NCBI GenBank assembly: GCA_963668675.2
Contig: CAXXMB010000002.1
Span: 2,240,001-2,304,000, forward strand
Direction: 5' to 3'
Length of the DNA: 64,000 nucleotides
Origin: an uncultured Desulfatitalea sp.
GTDB taxonomy: Bacteria > Desulfobacterota > Desulfobacteria > Desulfobacterales > Desulfosarcinaceae
Made by a program: the position numbers and the translations under genes. Positions 31,412-41,704 of this stretch are shown here, piece after piece (positions within the stretch are counted from its first letter, which is position 1; each line of letters begins with the position of its first letter). The notes under the pieces were generated by a model. It saw nothing but the letters and a program-made list of their open reading frames with translations. It had not been told where the DNA came from and made no database searches.

Positions 31412-33409
31412 ATGAAGATTGGAGTGAAAGTGGTTCTGGCTGCCCTGGTGCTGGGCGGCAGCGTGTGGGGCACGGCAGTTGCGGAGCAGACTGTTGAAGC
31501 AGCGGAAAAGGCAACCATGGGAGAGGTGGTGGTGACCGCCAGCCGCGAGGAGGAGCCCAGCGCTAAAGTGCCGGCCAATGTGACCGTGATCGATGCCGAG
31601 GAGATCGAACGGTCAAATGCACAGAATGTACCAGAGTTGCTTGCCGCCGCAGGGGTGTTTGTGTCTGACGCCGGAGGCTACAAGCGAAGCTATACGGTGG
31701 ACATTAGAGGATTTGGTGAGACCGCTGCAGTAAACACATTGGTTCTGGTCGATGGCCGAAAGATCAATCAAGCGGATTTGAGCGGTACGGATTGGACCTT
31801 GATTCCATTGGACCGTATCGATCGGATCGAGGTGGTGCCGGGGTCCAGAGGGACGATTTTGTACGGTGACAATGCCACCGGCGGCGTGATCAACATCGTC
31901 ACCAAAGATGGCGCTGGCCTCGAAGGCCGGGTATCTGCCCAATATGGCAGTTATGAAACTTTTAAAGGGGCGGCCGGTATCGGCGGTGCACAGGGTATCT
32001 GGTCATTCGATGTCGGAGCCAGCTATCTCGATTCAGACGGCTATCGCGACAACAGCCAGACCGAGGCCAAGGATGTCGGTGCCACAATTCGTGTCGATCC
32101 AAGTGAAGTGGTAAGTTTCAATCTGAGCGGTGGATTCCACAAGGACGAAACCGGCCTTCCCGGTGCATTGCTGCAGAGCGTTCTTGACGCCGGCGCCGAA
32201 CCCACCGATACGGTCAATCCAGACGATTATGCCGATACGGAGGACTACTATGCCAAAGGTGGCGTAGAGCTGTTCTTTCTGACAAACGATGCTTTTCGTC
32301 TTGACACTTCTTACCGCAAGCGTTCGGTGGAGCAATACGCCTCGTTTACCGGCGGATATTTCACGGGGGATACGGCCATCGAAACCATTGCTGTCTCACC
32401 GCGTTTCACCTTTCAGGAGACGTTTGGCGAGGTATCCAATCGCCTGATCTTTGGAGCGGACTTTTCACGGAACGAGGAAGACATCAACAACTTCTCCTCT
32501 TTTTCCGGTTCGTCGAACTACAACCTGGAAAGGGAGAGCGTCGGCTATTTCATCCATGACGAACTGGGGATCACCCGCAATTTGAGCCTGTCCGGCGGCT
32601 ACCGTTACGATAAGGCCGACTTCACCTTCTCTTCAGGTCCCGACGATGACCAGGATTACAATGAAGAGTCCTTTACGGTCGGGATCAATTATACGGTCGG
32701 CATCGCCAAGGCGTATGCCAGCTACGGCACCAGCTTCCGGTTCCCGGTGCTGGACGAGATCTTCAATTTCTTGGACAACTCGGCCATCACCACGTTGAAG
32801 CCCCAGAACTCAAAAAATATAGAGGCGGGTACCGTAATCGGACTGCTGGACGGCATGACGATGGCATTCAACATGTTCCGCATAGAGACGGAGGACGAAA
32901 TTTTTTACAACCCCGCCGGCGGGCCATTCGGATTTGGCGCCAATGAAAACCTGGATGGTGAAACGACACGCCAGGGGTTTGAGGTGAAATGGGCTTATCA
33001 TTACAAAGGTTGGATTACCGGTGCCAACTATACCCGCATGAAAACAGAGATCGATGGCGGTGTATACGACAACAGCGCCATTCCCAATGTGCCGGAGAAC
33101 AGGGTTTCGGCCAATCTGGGCTACGCCTTCGACATGGGTCTTTTTTGTGGGGTCAACGGCATCTACATGGGTAGCCGTTATCTGATCAGCGACTTCACCA
33201 ATAGCGCCGTAAAGCAGGATGACTATACCGTGGTTAACGCTAAGATAAAATATGACTGGCGTTGGCTCAGCCTGTTTCTGGATATCAACAACATATTCGA
33301 TGAGGAGTACAGCTCTTACGGGGGCCTGAATTTTCTTGGTGAACCCGGATATTATCCCTCACCTGAGTTTAATGTGCTGGTCGGTGTAACTGCCCGCTAC
33401 GGATTTTAA
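31412..33409 (+). CDS. btuB: TonB-dependent receptor, probably cobalamin (BtuB-like)
   Basis: signal peptide, EVVVTASR TonB box, IDRIEVV...LYGDNATGGVINIVTK plug, C-terminal F; riboswitch upstream. Confidence 0.85.
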   Translation: MKIGVKVVLAALVLGGSVWGTAVAEQTVEAAEKATMGEVVVTASREEEPSAKVPANVTVIDAEEIERSNAQNVPELLAAAGVFVSDAGGYKRSYTVDIRGFGETAAVNTLVLVDGRKINQADLSGTDWTLIPLDRIDRIEVVPGSRGTILYGDNATGGVINIVTKDGAGLEGRVSAQYGSYETFKGAAGIGGAQGIWSFDVGASYLDSDGYRDNSQTEAKDVGATIRVDPSEVVSFNLSGGFHKDETGLPGALLQSVLDAGAEPTDTVNPDDYADTEDYYAKGGVELFFLTNDAFRLDTSYRKRSVEQYASFTGGYFTGDTAIETIAVSPRFTFQETFGEVSNRLIFGADFSRNEEDINNFSSFSGSSNYNLERESVGYFIHDELGITRNLSLSGGYRYDKADFTFSSGPDDDQDYNEESFTVGINYTVGIAKAYASYGTSFRFPVLDEIFNFLDNSAITTLKPQNSKNIEAGTVIGLLDGMTMAFNMFRIETEDEIFYNPAGGPFGFGANENLDGETTRQGFEVKWAYHYKGWITGANYTRMKTEIDGGVYDNSAIPNVPENRVSANLGYAFDMGLFCGVNGIYMGSRYLISDFTNSAVKQDDYTVVNAKIKYDWRWLSLFLDINNIFDEEYSSYGGLNFLGEPGYYPSPEFNVLVGVTARYGF

Positions 33410-33442
33410 CCGTCCTGCGCGGCGAGTGCCTTAGGAAATTTT

Positions 33443-34078
33443 ATGAACAACCTATTCCACAGCGGCGGGCCGGTGATGTACCCATTGCTGGCCTGCTCGT
33501 TCATTGTGCTGACCGTGGTGATCGAACGCGCCCTGTTTTGGTTCCGGATCACTATACAGCGAAATTCGTCCCTGGTGGACGAGGTGCTGGAGCTTTGCCG
33601 TTCAGGCGATTGGGAAGAGGTGCGTAAGCGGACCGCCGGGAGTCGCGATTTCGTGGTGCGTATCCTGGTGAGCGGCATCCTGCATCGGGAGTTCTCCATG
33701 GTCAAGGCGATGGAGTCGGCTGCGTCCGACGAGATCCAACGCATGCGGCGCTCCATGACCGTGCTCGACACCATGATCACCGTGGCGCCCCTGCTGGGGA
33801 TCTTCGGAACGGTGACCGGTATCATCACCTCGTTCGAGATGCTGGGCGCCGGCGGCCTCGACCACCCCGAGACGGTCACCGCAGGCGTGGCCGAAGCCCT
33901 GATCACCACCGCCACCGGGCTGGCCATCGCCATCTTTTCGGTGTTTCCCTACAATTACTTTAATTCCAAGGTGCGAAGGGCGACCCTGGAGATCGAAAAG
34001 TACGCCACCAGCCTGGAGATCGTCTATGAGAAGTTGGTGCATGGGACCGAGCGGTTCAGGCTGAAAGCCGAAGAGTGA
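33443..34078 (+). CDS. exbB: MotA/TolQ/ExbB proton channel
   Basis: APLLGIFGTVTGII, GVAEALITTATGL. Confidence 0.9.
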   Translation: MNNLFHSGGPVMYPLLACSFIVLTVVIERALFWFRITIQRNSSLVDEVLELCRSGDWEEVRKRTAGSRDFVVRILVSGILHREFSMVKAMESAASDEIQRMRRSMTVLDTMITVAPLLGIFGTVTGIITSFEMLGAGGLDHPETVTAGVAEALITTATGLAIAIFSVFPYNYFNSKVRRATLEIEKYATSLEIVYEKLVHGTERFRLKAEE

Positions 34079-34089
34079 AGGTGTAGGGT

Positions 34090-34500
34090 ATGAAAGTTCA
34101 AACCATAGAGACCCGGTCGCCGCGCATCGAGATGCTGCCGTTGATCGATGTGGTCTTTCTGTTGCTGGTGGTCTTTATTTACGCCATGCTCTCCATGGCG
34201 GTACATAAAGGGTTGCCGGTGGCGCTGCCCACCTCATCAACGGCCCAGGAGGAGGAGTCGGAGCCGGTCTCCATCACCGTGGCGGCTGATGGTGACATTT
34301 TTGTTGATAAGAACCCGGTGGCCCTGGCTGATCTCGCTGCGGTTCTGCAGCAACGGGCGCAGGCGGATCCCGAAACCGGGGTGCTGATCTTTGCCGACAG
34401 GAGCTTGCCCTACCAGTCCCTGTTTCAGGTGCTCGACCAGGTGCGCCTGGCCGGGTTGTCCCGCATCAACTTACAGGCGGAGTCGGAAAGGGCACCATGA
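34090..34500 (+). CDS. exbD: ExbD/TolR family protein
   Basis: EMLPLIDVVFLLLVVF, IFADRSLPY. Confidence 0.9.
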   Translation: MKVQTIETRSPRIEMLPLIDVVFLLLVVFIYAMLSMAVHKGLPVALPTSSTAQEEESEPVSITVAADGDIFVDKNPVALADLAAVLQQRAQADPETGVLIFADRSLPYQSLFQVLDQVRLAGLSRINLQAESERAP

Positions 34501-35174
34501 AACGATGGCTCATCCCCATTGTGTCTGCGCTCGCCATCCACGTGGCCCTCTACCGGTTCGACCTGGTCTCCATGCCGCCGGTCATGGCAATGAACGAGAA
34601 CCGCACTGTGACCATCTCCCTCGTGCAGATGCGGCCGGTATCAAAACCTCGACAGCAGGTCCAGCCCCTTAAGATCGATTCGCCCGATCCCATTGCGCCG
34701 TTGGCCAAGCTGATCCCCAAACCGCCGCCTGTGAAGCGGCCGGACCCCTTGCCGAGCCCCAAACCGGTCGAGGTGGAGACTCCGCCGGCGCCAGCCGCGC
34801 AGGAGCTGGCAGCAGCTGAAGATCCGTTCACCGAACCGTTGGAGGCTCAGACCACGCAGCAGAGCGTCTCGGCGCCCGTCGGGCCGGACCAGGCCGAGGT
34901 CCAGGCGTCGATTCCTCTCTACCACCTCAATCCGTCGCCCACCTATCCTGCCATGGCCCGCCGGCGCAACTACCAGGGAACCGTGCTGCTCGACGTGCTG
35001 GTCAACCAGCAGGGGCGTGTTGCGCGGGTCGAAGTGGCCGACAGTTGTGGTTACGCGATGCTTGACCGCAGCGCCAGAAAGAGCGTCCGCCAATGGCGCT
35101 TTGAACCCGCCCGCCGCTTCGGCCGCCCCATTGAGATGTGGGTTCAGGTACCGATTAAATTTGAACTGAGGTGA
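34497..35174 (+). CDS. tonB: energy transducer TonB
   Basis: N-terminal anchor, Pro-rich linker, YPAMARRRNYQG...WRFEPA. Confidence 0.9.
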   Translation: MKRWLIPIVSALAIHVALYRFDLVSMPPVMAMNENRTVTISLVQMRPVSKPRQQVQPLKIDSPDPIAPLAKLIPKPPPVKRPDPLPSPKPVEVETPPAPAAQELAAAEDPFTEPLEAQTTQQSVSAPVGPDQAEVQASIPLYHLNPSPTYPAMARRRNYQGTVLLDVLVNQQGRVARVEVADSCGYAMLDRSARKSVRQWRFEPARRFGRPIEMWVQVPIKFELR

Positions 35175-35184
35175 AAAAAGGCGG

Positions 35185-35280
35185 AATCCCCCCCGGCCCC
35201 CCTTTGTGAAAGGGCGGCGTTTAACGGATAGGCTTTGTATCTATTTTCCACCCTTTTCCAAAGGGGGGCCAGGGGGGATT
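35185..35280. repeat. paired inverted palindromic repeat (same family as 29988)
   Basis: AATCCCCCCCGGCCCCCCTTTGTGAAAGGG ... CCCTTTTCCAAAGGGGGGCCAGGGGGGATT. Confidence 0.7.
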
Positions 35281-35306
35281 TTGCTAAGCGGACACCAGCC
35301 TATCTT

Positions 35307-35343
35307 AAAAAAAATGCGATGCGGGCATTGCGCCCGCATCGCA
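35307..35343 (-). terminator. intrinsic terminator of the outer-membrane protein gene
   Basis: 12-bp perfect stem TGCGATGCGGGC/GCCCGCATCGCA with an A8 run on the plus strand. Confidence 0.85.
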
Positions 35344-35400
35344 CCGGCTTAAGGAGGACTTCCTGCTTGGGGGGCAAGCAGAAAGGAGGCTCTTGGTTAA

Positions 35401-36135
35401 CTAAAAGGCATAGGCGACACTGATGCCGCCGTATAGGTTGACGTCTACACCGGTGCCGTCTTCAGCATCGGCCAGGGCGTCATCATCCAGGGAGTCGGCA
35501 TAATTGATGCTGGCAGAAACACTCCAAGCTTTGGTCAGGGTGTATGAGGCGCTCAGTGACAGGGTATAGTCGTAAAGGCCACCATCGGTTCCGGAGTAAG
35601 CCATGGCAAAATCATCATCGGCGTATGCTGCGCGGGCGCCGGCTTCGATACTGAACGCGTCGGTCAGATCCATCGCATAGGTCAGGCCCAGGTCGACATA
35701 GTACCCGTCAATCTCATCAAAATCGTAGTAAAAGGTGGAACCGACGGAGAGACCGCCTACAATCGGCAGGCCGAGGCTGACATAGGCTTCATGGGTGCTG
35801 CCGCCGGCTACCGGAAAGAGATATTCGATCACACCCACGCCGATCTCCAGCTTCTGGAGACTGAAACCGTAGTAGACGGTCAGGTCGACTTCGGAAAATT
35901 CGTTGTCGTCCAACTGATCATCATAATCGTCGATATCCCAGTTGGCCCACACATTGACGCCGAAGCTGCCGTTGGTGACATCGATACTTGGTTGAGCCAC
36001 CGGGCCGTCGTTAAAGGTGATGCCGCGCCACACATAGGCGGAGTTCATATCGAGACCAAGGGTCGCATCTGCGGCCCATACCGAACTGCTTGCCAAAACA
36101 ATTGCCAAAGCGATAACAGGAATAAGTCGTTTCAT
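35401..36135 (-). CDS. outer-membrane beta-barrel protein (putative porin)
   Basis: signal peptide, SAYVWRG, EVDL, alternating beta pattern, terminal YAF. Confidence 0.8.
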   Translation of the reverse strand: MKRLIPVIALAIVLASSSVWAADATLGLDMNSAYVWRGITFNDGPVAQPSIDVTNGSFGVNVWANWDIDDYDDQLDDNEFSEVDLTVYYGFSLQKLEIGVGVIEYLFPVAGGSTHEAYVSLGLPIVGGLSVGSTFYYDFDEIDGYYVDLGLTYAMDLTDAFSIEAGARAAYADDDFAMAYSGTDGGLYDYTLSLSASYTLTKAWSVSASINYADSLDDDALADAEDGTGVDVNLYGGISVAYAF

Positions 36136-36299
36136 CGTACTCAGTTCTCCTCGTTGCAGAATTCAATGGGTTTATATTATGACTATTGGTGCCGGCCGGT
36201 GCCACGCCTCCTGTTGTGGGAACGTTACGATTGCAGTTTCACCTCCTTTCCAGCGGAAACCAGCGGCCCACATTTCCGGCGACAGTTGAGTATAGATAA

Positions 36300-36316
36300 A
36301 GCAGGTTGTGTGCCAA
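36300..36316 (-). promoter_or_regulatory. sigma-54 promoter (-24/-12)
   Basis: minus strand TTGGCACACAACCTGCT, with AT-rich region upstream. Confidence 0.7.
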
Positions 36317-36539
36317 GTCGGTATCACGGAGGTTGTGTTTGTCTTTATTCAAAAAAATCAATAAATTAAAAATCACATAGATAGTGTGGACGGTTTCATA
36401 ATGCAAAATACATATTACAATTTTGTTGTTAGATAACATTGAATTAACATTTATGTACTATCGTGTGATGAATGTTACCTGCCAAGATCAGGTGCGCATC
36501 AGTGCGGCGGCCTTTGGCGGCCCCGGGTGACAGTAAAGG

Positions 36540-37316
36540 ATGGTATTGATGGATAAAAAGCCCCTGGCGTGCAATCCCTGGCTCATGGCCCACCGCGGTG
36601 CGCGGGATGAGGCGCCCGAGAACACGTGCTCCGCATTTGAACGTGCGTTGACCTATCCCATCGATGGGATCGAGCTGGACGTTCAGATGAGCGCCGATGG
36701 TGTGCCGGTCATCTATCACGACGCCACGCTGTGGCGTGTGGCGCGCAGCAGGCAGCGGGTCTCCGACCTGTCCGCCGATCAATTGGCGCAGATGGATTGG
36801 GGCGGGTGGTTCGATGCCGCTTATGCCGGCGAACCGCTGCTGACCCTCGAAAAGACCCTCGGCCGGTTTGCGGCGCGCACCCGTCTGTTCATCGAGATCA
36901 AGGCATCGGCGACCAATGACAACGACCGTTTGACGCGCCGGGTCGTGGCGCAGCTGGCGCGCCTGCCCGAGCAGACCCCAAAGGCCAACATCTATCTGCT
37001 CTGCTTCGATCTCGGGATACTGCGACTGGCCAACGAGCTGGCTCCCCAGTGGCGCTGCGTCTACAATGTGCCGGAGCGGCAGCCGGAGCATGTGATAGCG
37101 CTTACGGAAGAGGCCACGGCCCATCTGTGGGCCATCGACGTGCCGATCGGTCGACTCACCCTCCCGCTGGCGGCGTGGGCCAAGGGTCGTGGGCTGAAGC
37201 TTTGCACTTACACTTGCAATGGGCCACGCCAGGTGGCCAAGGCCCTGGGGATGGGCGTCGACGCCATTTTGACCGATCGCCCCGGCTGGCTCACCGGCCA
37301 CCTGGGCAAGAGATAA
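36540..37316 (+). CDS. glycerophosphodiester phosphodiesterase
   Basis: AHRGA, PENT, ELDVQ, HD, EIK, ILTDRP. Confidence 0.92.
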   Translation: MVLMDKKPLACNPWLMAHRGARDEAPENTCSAFERALTYPIDGIELDVQMSADGVPVIYHDATLWRVARSRQRVSDLSADQLAQMDWGGWFDAAYAGEPLLTLEKTLGRFAARTRLFIEIKASATNDNDRLTRRVVAQLARLPEQTPKANIYLLCFDLGILRLANELAPQWRCVYNVPERQPEHVIALTEEATAHLWAIDVPIGRLTLPLAAWAKGRGLKLCTYTCNGPRQVAKALGMGVDAILTDRPGWLTGHLGKR

Positions 37317-37388
37317 TGGCTCTCGCGCAAAGACGCGAATCTCGCCGGACGTATTTCAAAAAATAGACGGAGTTGATGAGGCCGGTCC

Positions 37389-37483
37389 GGGCGGGCATAA
37401 AGCCCGCCCCTACGAGGACTGTGTATACTGCTATCACTCCGTTTTTATGATAAATATCGTAGGGGCGGGCTTTGTGCCCGCCC
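37389..37483. repeat. GTAG-type REP doublet
   Basis: GGGCGGGCATAAAGCCCGCCCCTAC ... GTAGGGGCGGGCTTTGTGCCCGCCC. Confidence 0.85.
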
Positions 37484-37555
37484 GTTATGCTCCCTTAATA
37501 TGAGACACTGCATCTGTTCTGGGAAATGGCGATCATGGGAGCGAACAAGGGGGGA

Positions 37556-38062
37556 TCAGCGGGCACCGACGTGACCACAGGCGTGACCCAGTTCGGGAAA
37601 GATCAGGGCCTTGCAGGCCAACTGGCACGCCTTGAGGCTTCCCGGAAGGCAAAAGACGATGCAGCCGCCGATGACGCCCGCCGAGGCGCGCGACAGGATG
37701 GCCGCCGAATCGACCTGTTCGAAGCTGAGCTGGGCGAAGATGGGGCCGAAGGCGGTCAACTCTTTCGTGAAGAGAGGTCTCAGCGCCTCTATGGTGACAT
37801 CCTTGGGGGTGATGCCCGTGCCGCCGGTGACGATGACGGCCTGGGGTTGCGCGTCGGCCAGCAAGTGCAATACGTTTTCGCGGATGGCGTCGCGGTCATC
37901 GTCCACTACCCGGTGGTCCACTATCTGGTGCCCTTCGCGGCCGGCCCGCTTGGCGATCCACTGACCGGCGGCGTCTGTTGCGAGGGTTCGCGTAGATGAA
38001 ACGCTCACCACCGCTACGCGAAGCGACGTAGGGGCGCTGGCGCGATGTTCATGGTGTCCCAT
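37556..38062 (-). CDS. moaB: molybdenum cofactor biosynthesis protein MoaB/MogA family
   Basis: TGGTGITPKDVT, SRASAG, LPGS; start ATG 38062. Confidence 0.88.
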   Translation of the reverse strand: MGHHEHRASAPTSLRVAVVSVSSTRTLATDAAGQWIAKRAGREGHQIVDHRVVDDDRDAIRENVLHLLADAQPQAVIVTGGTGITPKDVTIEALRPLFTKELTAFGPIFAQLSFEQVDSAAILSRASAGVIGGCIVFCLPGSLKACQLACKALIFPELGHACGHVGAR

Positions 38063-38070
38063 TTTTTTCC

Positions 38071-38604
38071 TCAATTTGTCTCCAGCACCACCTGGTCCTG
38101 GTCGTCGCACTCCTTGAGCAGCACATTGATCGTTTCGGCCTTCTCGGTGGAGACACATTGCCCCGTATAGGTGCTTTGGATCGGCAGCTCGCGGTGACCG
38201 CGGTCGATCAGCACCGCCAGCTCGATGCTGGCCGGACGCCCGAAGTCGATGATGGCATCCATGGCGGCCCGCACCGTGCGCCCTGTGTAGAGGACATCGT
38301 CGATCAGGATGATTTTCTTCCCTTCGACCGAAAAGGGGATCTGCGTGGTTTTGACCACCGGCTGGGCGCTCATCTGGGTCCAGTCGTCCCGGTAGAGCGT
38401 GATGTCCATCTCGCCGACCAATACATCGGCGCCCTCGAAAGTGCGGATGTTCTCGCGCAAGCGCTGGGCCAGGAAGACACCGCGGGTGTGGATCCCCACC
38501 AGGGCCATGTTGTTGCCCTTGTGCGCTTCCAGAATTTCGTAGGCCATGCGCTTGAGAATGCGGTCGATCCCCACCGCATCCAGGATCTGTTCTGTTTTTC
38601 CCAT
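38071..38604 (-). CDS. pyrR: pyrimidine regulatory protein/UPRTase PyrR
   Basis: GIHTRG, DITLYRDD, DDVLYTGRTVRAA, DRGHRELPI. Confidence 0.95.
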   Translation of the reverse strand: MGKTEQILDAVGIDRILKRMAYEILEAHKGNNMALVGIHTRGVFLAQRLRENIRTFEGADVLVGEMDITLYRDDWTQMSAQPVVKTTQIPFSVEGKKIILIDDVLYTGRTVRAAMDAIIDFGRPASIELAVLIDRGHRELPIQSTYTGQCVSTEKAETINVLLKECDDQDQVVLETN

Positions 38605-38796
38605 GGCGACTTCACCCCGTTGGAAAGATTTTTCGCGACGGCAGCATATTGTAATCAATGGATATAACACCTCATATACCATGAACGCGTCCATTGGCAA
38701 TAGCTTATGCGGGCGGCGTGGTTGACCGGCCGTCGGGATTGACGCCAATCGGCGCTTGGCATAGGATGGCGCCACCGATTCGAGAAAAGAGAAAAA

Positions 38797-40578
38797 ATGC
38801 AGCCAACCATTGCCCAACCCACCTTTCTCCCCACCACACCCGAAGAGCTGGACCGCCTCGGCTGGCAGGCCCTGGATGTGGTCCTGGTCTCCGGTGATAC
38901 TTACATCGATTCACCCCACTTTGGTGTGGCCGTGGTCGGTCGTGCATTGGTGGCGGCCGGATTTCGGGTGGGCGTCATCGCACAGCCTGACATTCAGAGC
39001 GGCAGCGACATCACCCGCCTCGGAGAGCCCGAACTCTTCTGGGGCGTCACCGCCGGCAGCGTCGATTCCATGATCGCCAATTTCACCCCTTCGGGCCGCC
39101 GCCGCAGAAGCGACGACATGACCCCCGGCGGCCTCAACAACCGGCGCCCGGACCGCGCCGTCCTGGCCTACAGCCATCTGATTCGGCGACACTTCAAGCA
39201 GACCCGGCCCATCGTCCTGGGCGGCATCGAGGCAAGCCTGCGGCGCATCTCCCACTACGACGCATGGTCCGACAAAATTCGGCGCTCAGTGCTCTTCGAC
39301 GCCAAGGCCGATCTGTTGCTCTACGGCATGGCCGATCAGACGGTTGTCGCCCTGGCCCGCCACTTGCGGGACAGGATCGATCCGCACGCCCTGCGCGGCC
39401 TTTGCTACATCAGTCGCGACCTCCCCGATCCGGAACCGCAGCTGCCCGAAGGAGATTTGCTCCTGCCGCCCCACCAGGTCGTGGCCGAGGACAAGCAGGC
39501 CTTCACCCAGATGTTCAACCAGTTTTACGCCAACGCCGACCCCTTCACGGCCAAACGTCTGGTGCAGCAGCAGGATACCCGTTATCTGGTGCACAATCCG
39601 CCAGCGCTGCCGCCCACCGCTGAAGATCTGGACCAGGTTTATGCCCTGCCCTATGCACGTGCCGTGCATCCCCGCGAAAGCAGTGCCGGTCGGGTGGCTG
39701 CCCTGGAGACGATCCAATTCTCCGTCACCACCCATCGCGGCTGCTTTGGAGAGTGCCGCTTCTGTGCCATCGCCGTTCACCAGGGGCGCCGGGTCATCTC
39801 CCGCAGTCGGGAGGCTATCGTCCGCGAAGTGCAAGACTTCACCCGTCATCCCGATTTCAAAGGGATCGTGTCAGACGTGGGCGGGCCGACCGCCAACATG
39901 TACGCCATGGGGTGCGGCCGCAACGCCGACCGCAGCGCCTGTACCAAGAAGGGATGCCTCTATCCCGCCACCTGCAAACAGCTTGTCGGAGACCACCAGC
40001 CGCAGATCGAGCTGTTGCGGTCCCTGCGCGATATCCCCGGTATCCGTAAAATCTTCGTCGCCTCGGGCGTACGCTACGACCTGGTGATCCAGGACCGCCG
40101 TTCGGGCAAAGCTTACCTGGAGACCCTGCTGCGCCACCACATCTCCGGCCAGCTCAAAATCGCACCCGAACACATCCACGACCCGCTGCTCAAATTGATG
40201 GGCAAACCCGGCCGTCAATACCTGGACGACTTCGTGCGCCTCTTCGAACAGCTCAACCGGCACCTGGAGACCCGGCAGTTTCTCACCTACTACTTCATGG
40301 CCGCCCACCCGGGCTGCACCCTCGACGACATGCGCCGCCTGCGCGAATACGCCGGCCGCAAGCTTCGTCTGGTGCCCGAGCAGGTGCAGATTTTCACCCC
40401 CTCACCTTCGACATACGCCACCCTGATGTACCACACCGGCATGGACCCCTTCAGCGGGCAATCTCTGTTTGTGGAGAGGGGGGTGCGTCAGAAAATTGAG
40501 CAGAAGGCCGCACTGGTGCCACATTCGTCAAAAACGAAGAAAAGGCGGGGTCCCAAAGGTCGAAGAAAAGATCCCTGA
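38797..40578 (+). CDS. YgiQ-family radical SAM protein
   Basis: GDTYIDSPHFG, GGIEASLRR, GCFGECRFC. Confidence 0.92.
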   Translation: MQPTIAQPTFLPTTPEELDRLGWQALDVVLVSGDTYIDSPHFGVAVVGRALVAAGFRVGVIAQPDIQSGSDITRLGEPELFWGVTAGSVDSMIANFTPSGRRRRSDDMTPGGLNNRRPDRAVLAYSHLIRRHFKQTRPIVLGGIEASLRRISHYDAWSDKIRRSVLFDAKADLLLYGMADQTVVALARHLRDRIDPHALRGLCYISRDLPDPEPQLPEGDLLLPPHQVVAEDKQAFTQMFNQFYANADPFTAKRLVQQQDTRYLVHNPPALPPTAEDLDQVYALPYARAVHPRESSAGRVAALETIQFSVTTHRGCFGECRFCAIAVHQGRRVISRSREAIVREVQDFTRHPDFKGIVSDVGGPTANMYAMGCGRNADRSACTKKGCLYPATCKQLVGDHQPQIELLRSLRDIPGIRKIFVASGVRYDLVIQDRRSGKAYLETLLRHHISGQLKIAPEHIHDPLLKLMGKPGRQYLDDFVRLFEQLNRHLETRQFLTYYFMAAHPGCTLDDMRRLREYAGRKLRLVPEQVQIFTPSPSTYATLMYHTGMDPFSGQSLFVERGVRQKIEQKAALVPHSSKTKKRRGPKGRRKDP

Positions 40579-40619
40579 GACGCGATGCAAAAAGAGACAG
40601 CGGCGCCGATACCCCACCT

Positions 40620-41493
40620 TCATAGCTGTTCGCTCGTCGGTGCAGCCTGGGGTTCAGGTGGTGGCGCACTGCCGGCGGCCTCCGGGCAGGAGCGGCAATT
40701 GGCCCGCTTGTCGTCGCATCGGTTCTCTGTCTGCGACCACGGTTTAACCCGGATATTTCCCTGTACCGCATCTCCGCCCGTGCCCGGCACGCGCGGATCG
40801 CCCCTCCAGTTGTGATCGGCGGTCAGTATCCCCTCCGAGCTATTGTACACACCATAGCTTCGGTTCCCGGAAAAGTTGTTCAGGTGGATGGAGGGCGTCG
40901 CATGGTAGGTGCGGTAGATGCCGAAGGTGTTGTAGGAAAAGGTGATGCAGCGGATCTGGGCGCCGCCGCTTCCCTTGCCGTTGGGAAAAAATGGCGGCTT
41001 GGGAGCTGCGCTCAAAAGACATTGATGCTGTCTGAAATAAAGTAGGGAATGGTTTCGAGCCAGACGGCATCGTGGCGCACATCCCCACCGGCAATCTCAA
41101 GGCGGCTGTTTTTATCGATGCGGTTGTCGCTTCATTGGAAGTGAAGCGTATCGGAAGGTCCGGTTCTCCCATGGCAGCCAGCGCGCCTGGTTCACTGTCC
41201 GAGGTGACGATCACCAGGGATTGATAGCGATCGAACTCGATGGTGACGCCCGCTTCGATAGTCAGGGTGGTCACACCGTCGCCACCATCTTTTCCCAGCA
41301 CGCGAACATCTCCGGTAACGATGTAGGGGCTGCCTTCGCGTGTCCTTGTGGTGTCGCTTTGAATCGTGTCGCTCACCGTTGTCCCGGCTGCTGCCGGCAC
41401 AGGGCCCCATATCGGCAGCCCATCCGGGGTCTGTAGAAAAAGAGCGATAACGACGATGGCGGCCGCGGCAAGAGATTTCTCGGTCAACTTCAT
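40620..41493 (-). pseudogene. fragmented secreted beta-helix/surface protein
   Basis: signal peptide, GSPYIVTGDV...TLTIEAGV...PIRFTS then loss of coherence; later motifs (NNFSGN, ADHNW) in another frame. Confidence 0.6.
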
Positions 41494-41658
41494 TCAGCGT
41501 CCTTTGGGAATCGCATCGGCGGCATCGGCAACACCGCCGTATCGATACAGTTGTCCATTCAATTCGAGAAGCAAAAGGCAAGAGAGGGCCACCGTATATC
41601 GGTTTGCCACGGTGTGCCGCCATTTTTCATAAGCCCCTGCGCCTTGTCAAGCAGCGGA

Positions 41659-41704
41659 CGTGAATAAGGTCTCCACGGCGAACCCACACGGGGAGATAGT
41701 TCAG
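41659..41704 (-). other. degenerate attC-like site (distal)
   Basis: GCTGAAC at the ORF stop ... ATTCACG in place of GTT; inner TCTCC/GGAGA pairing; short. Confidence 0.35.
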
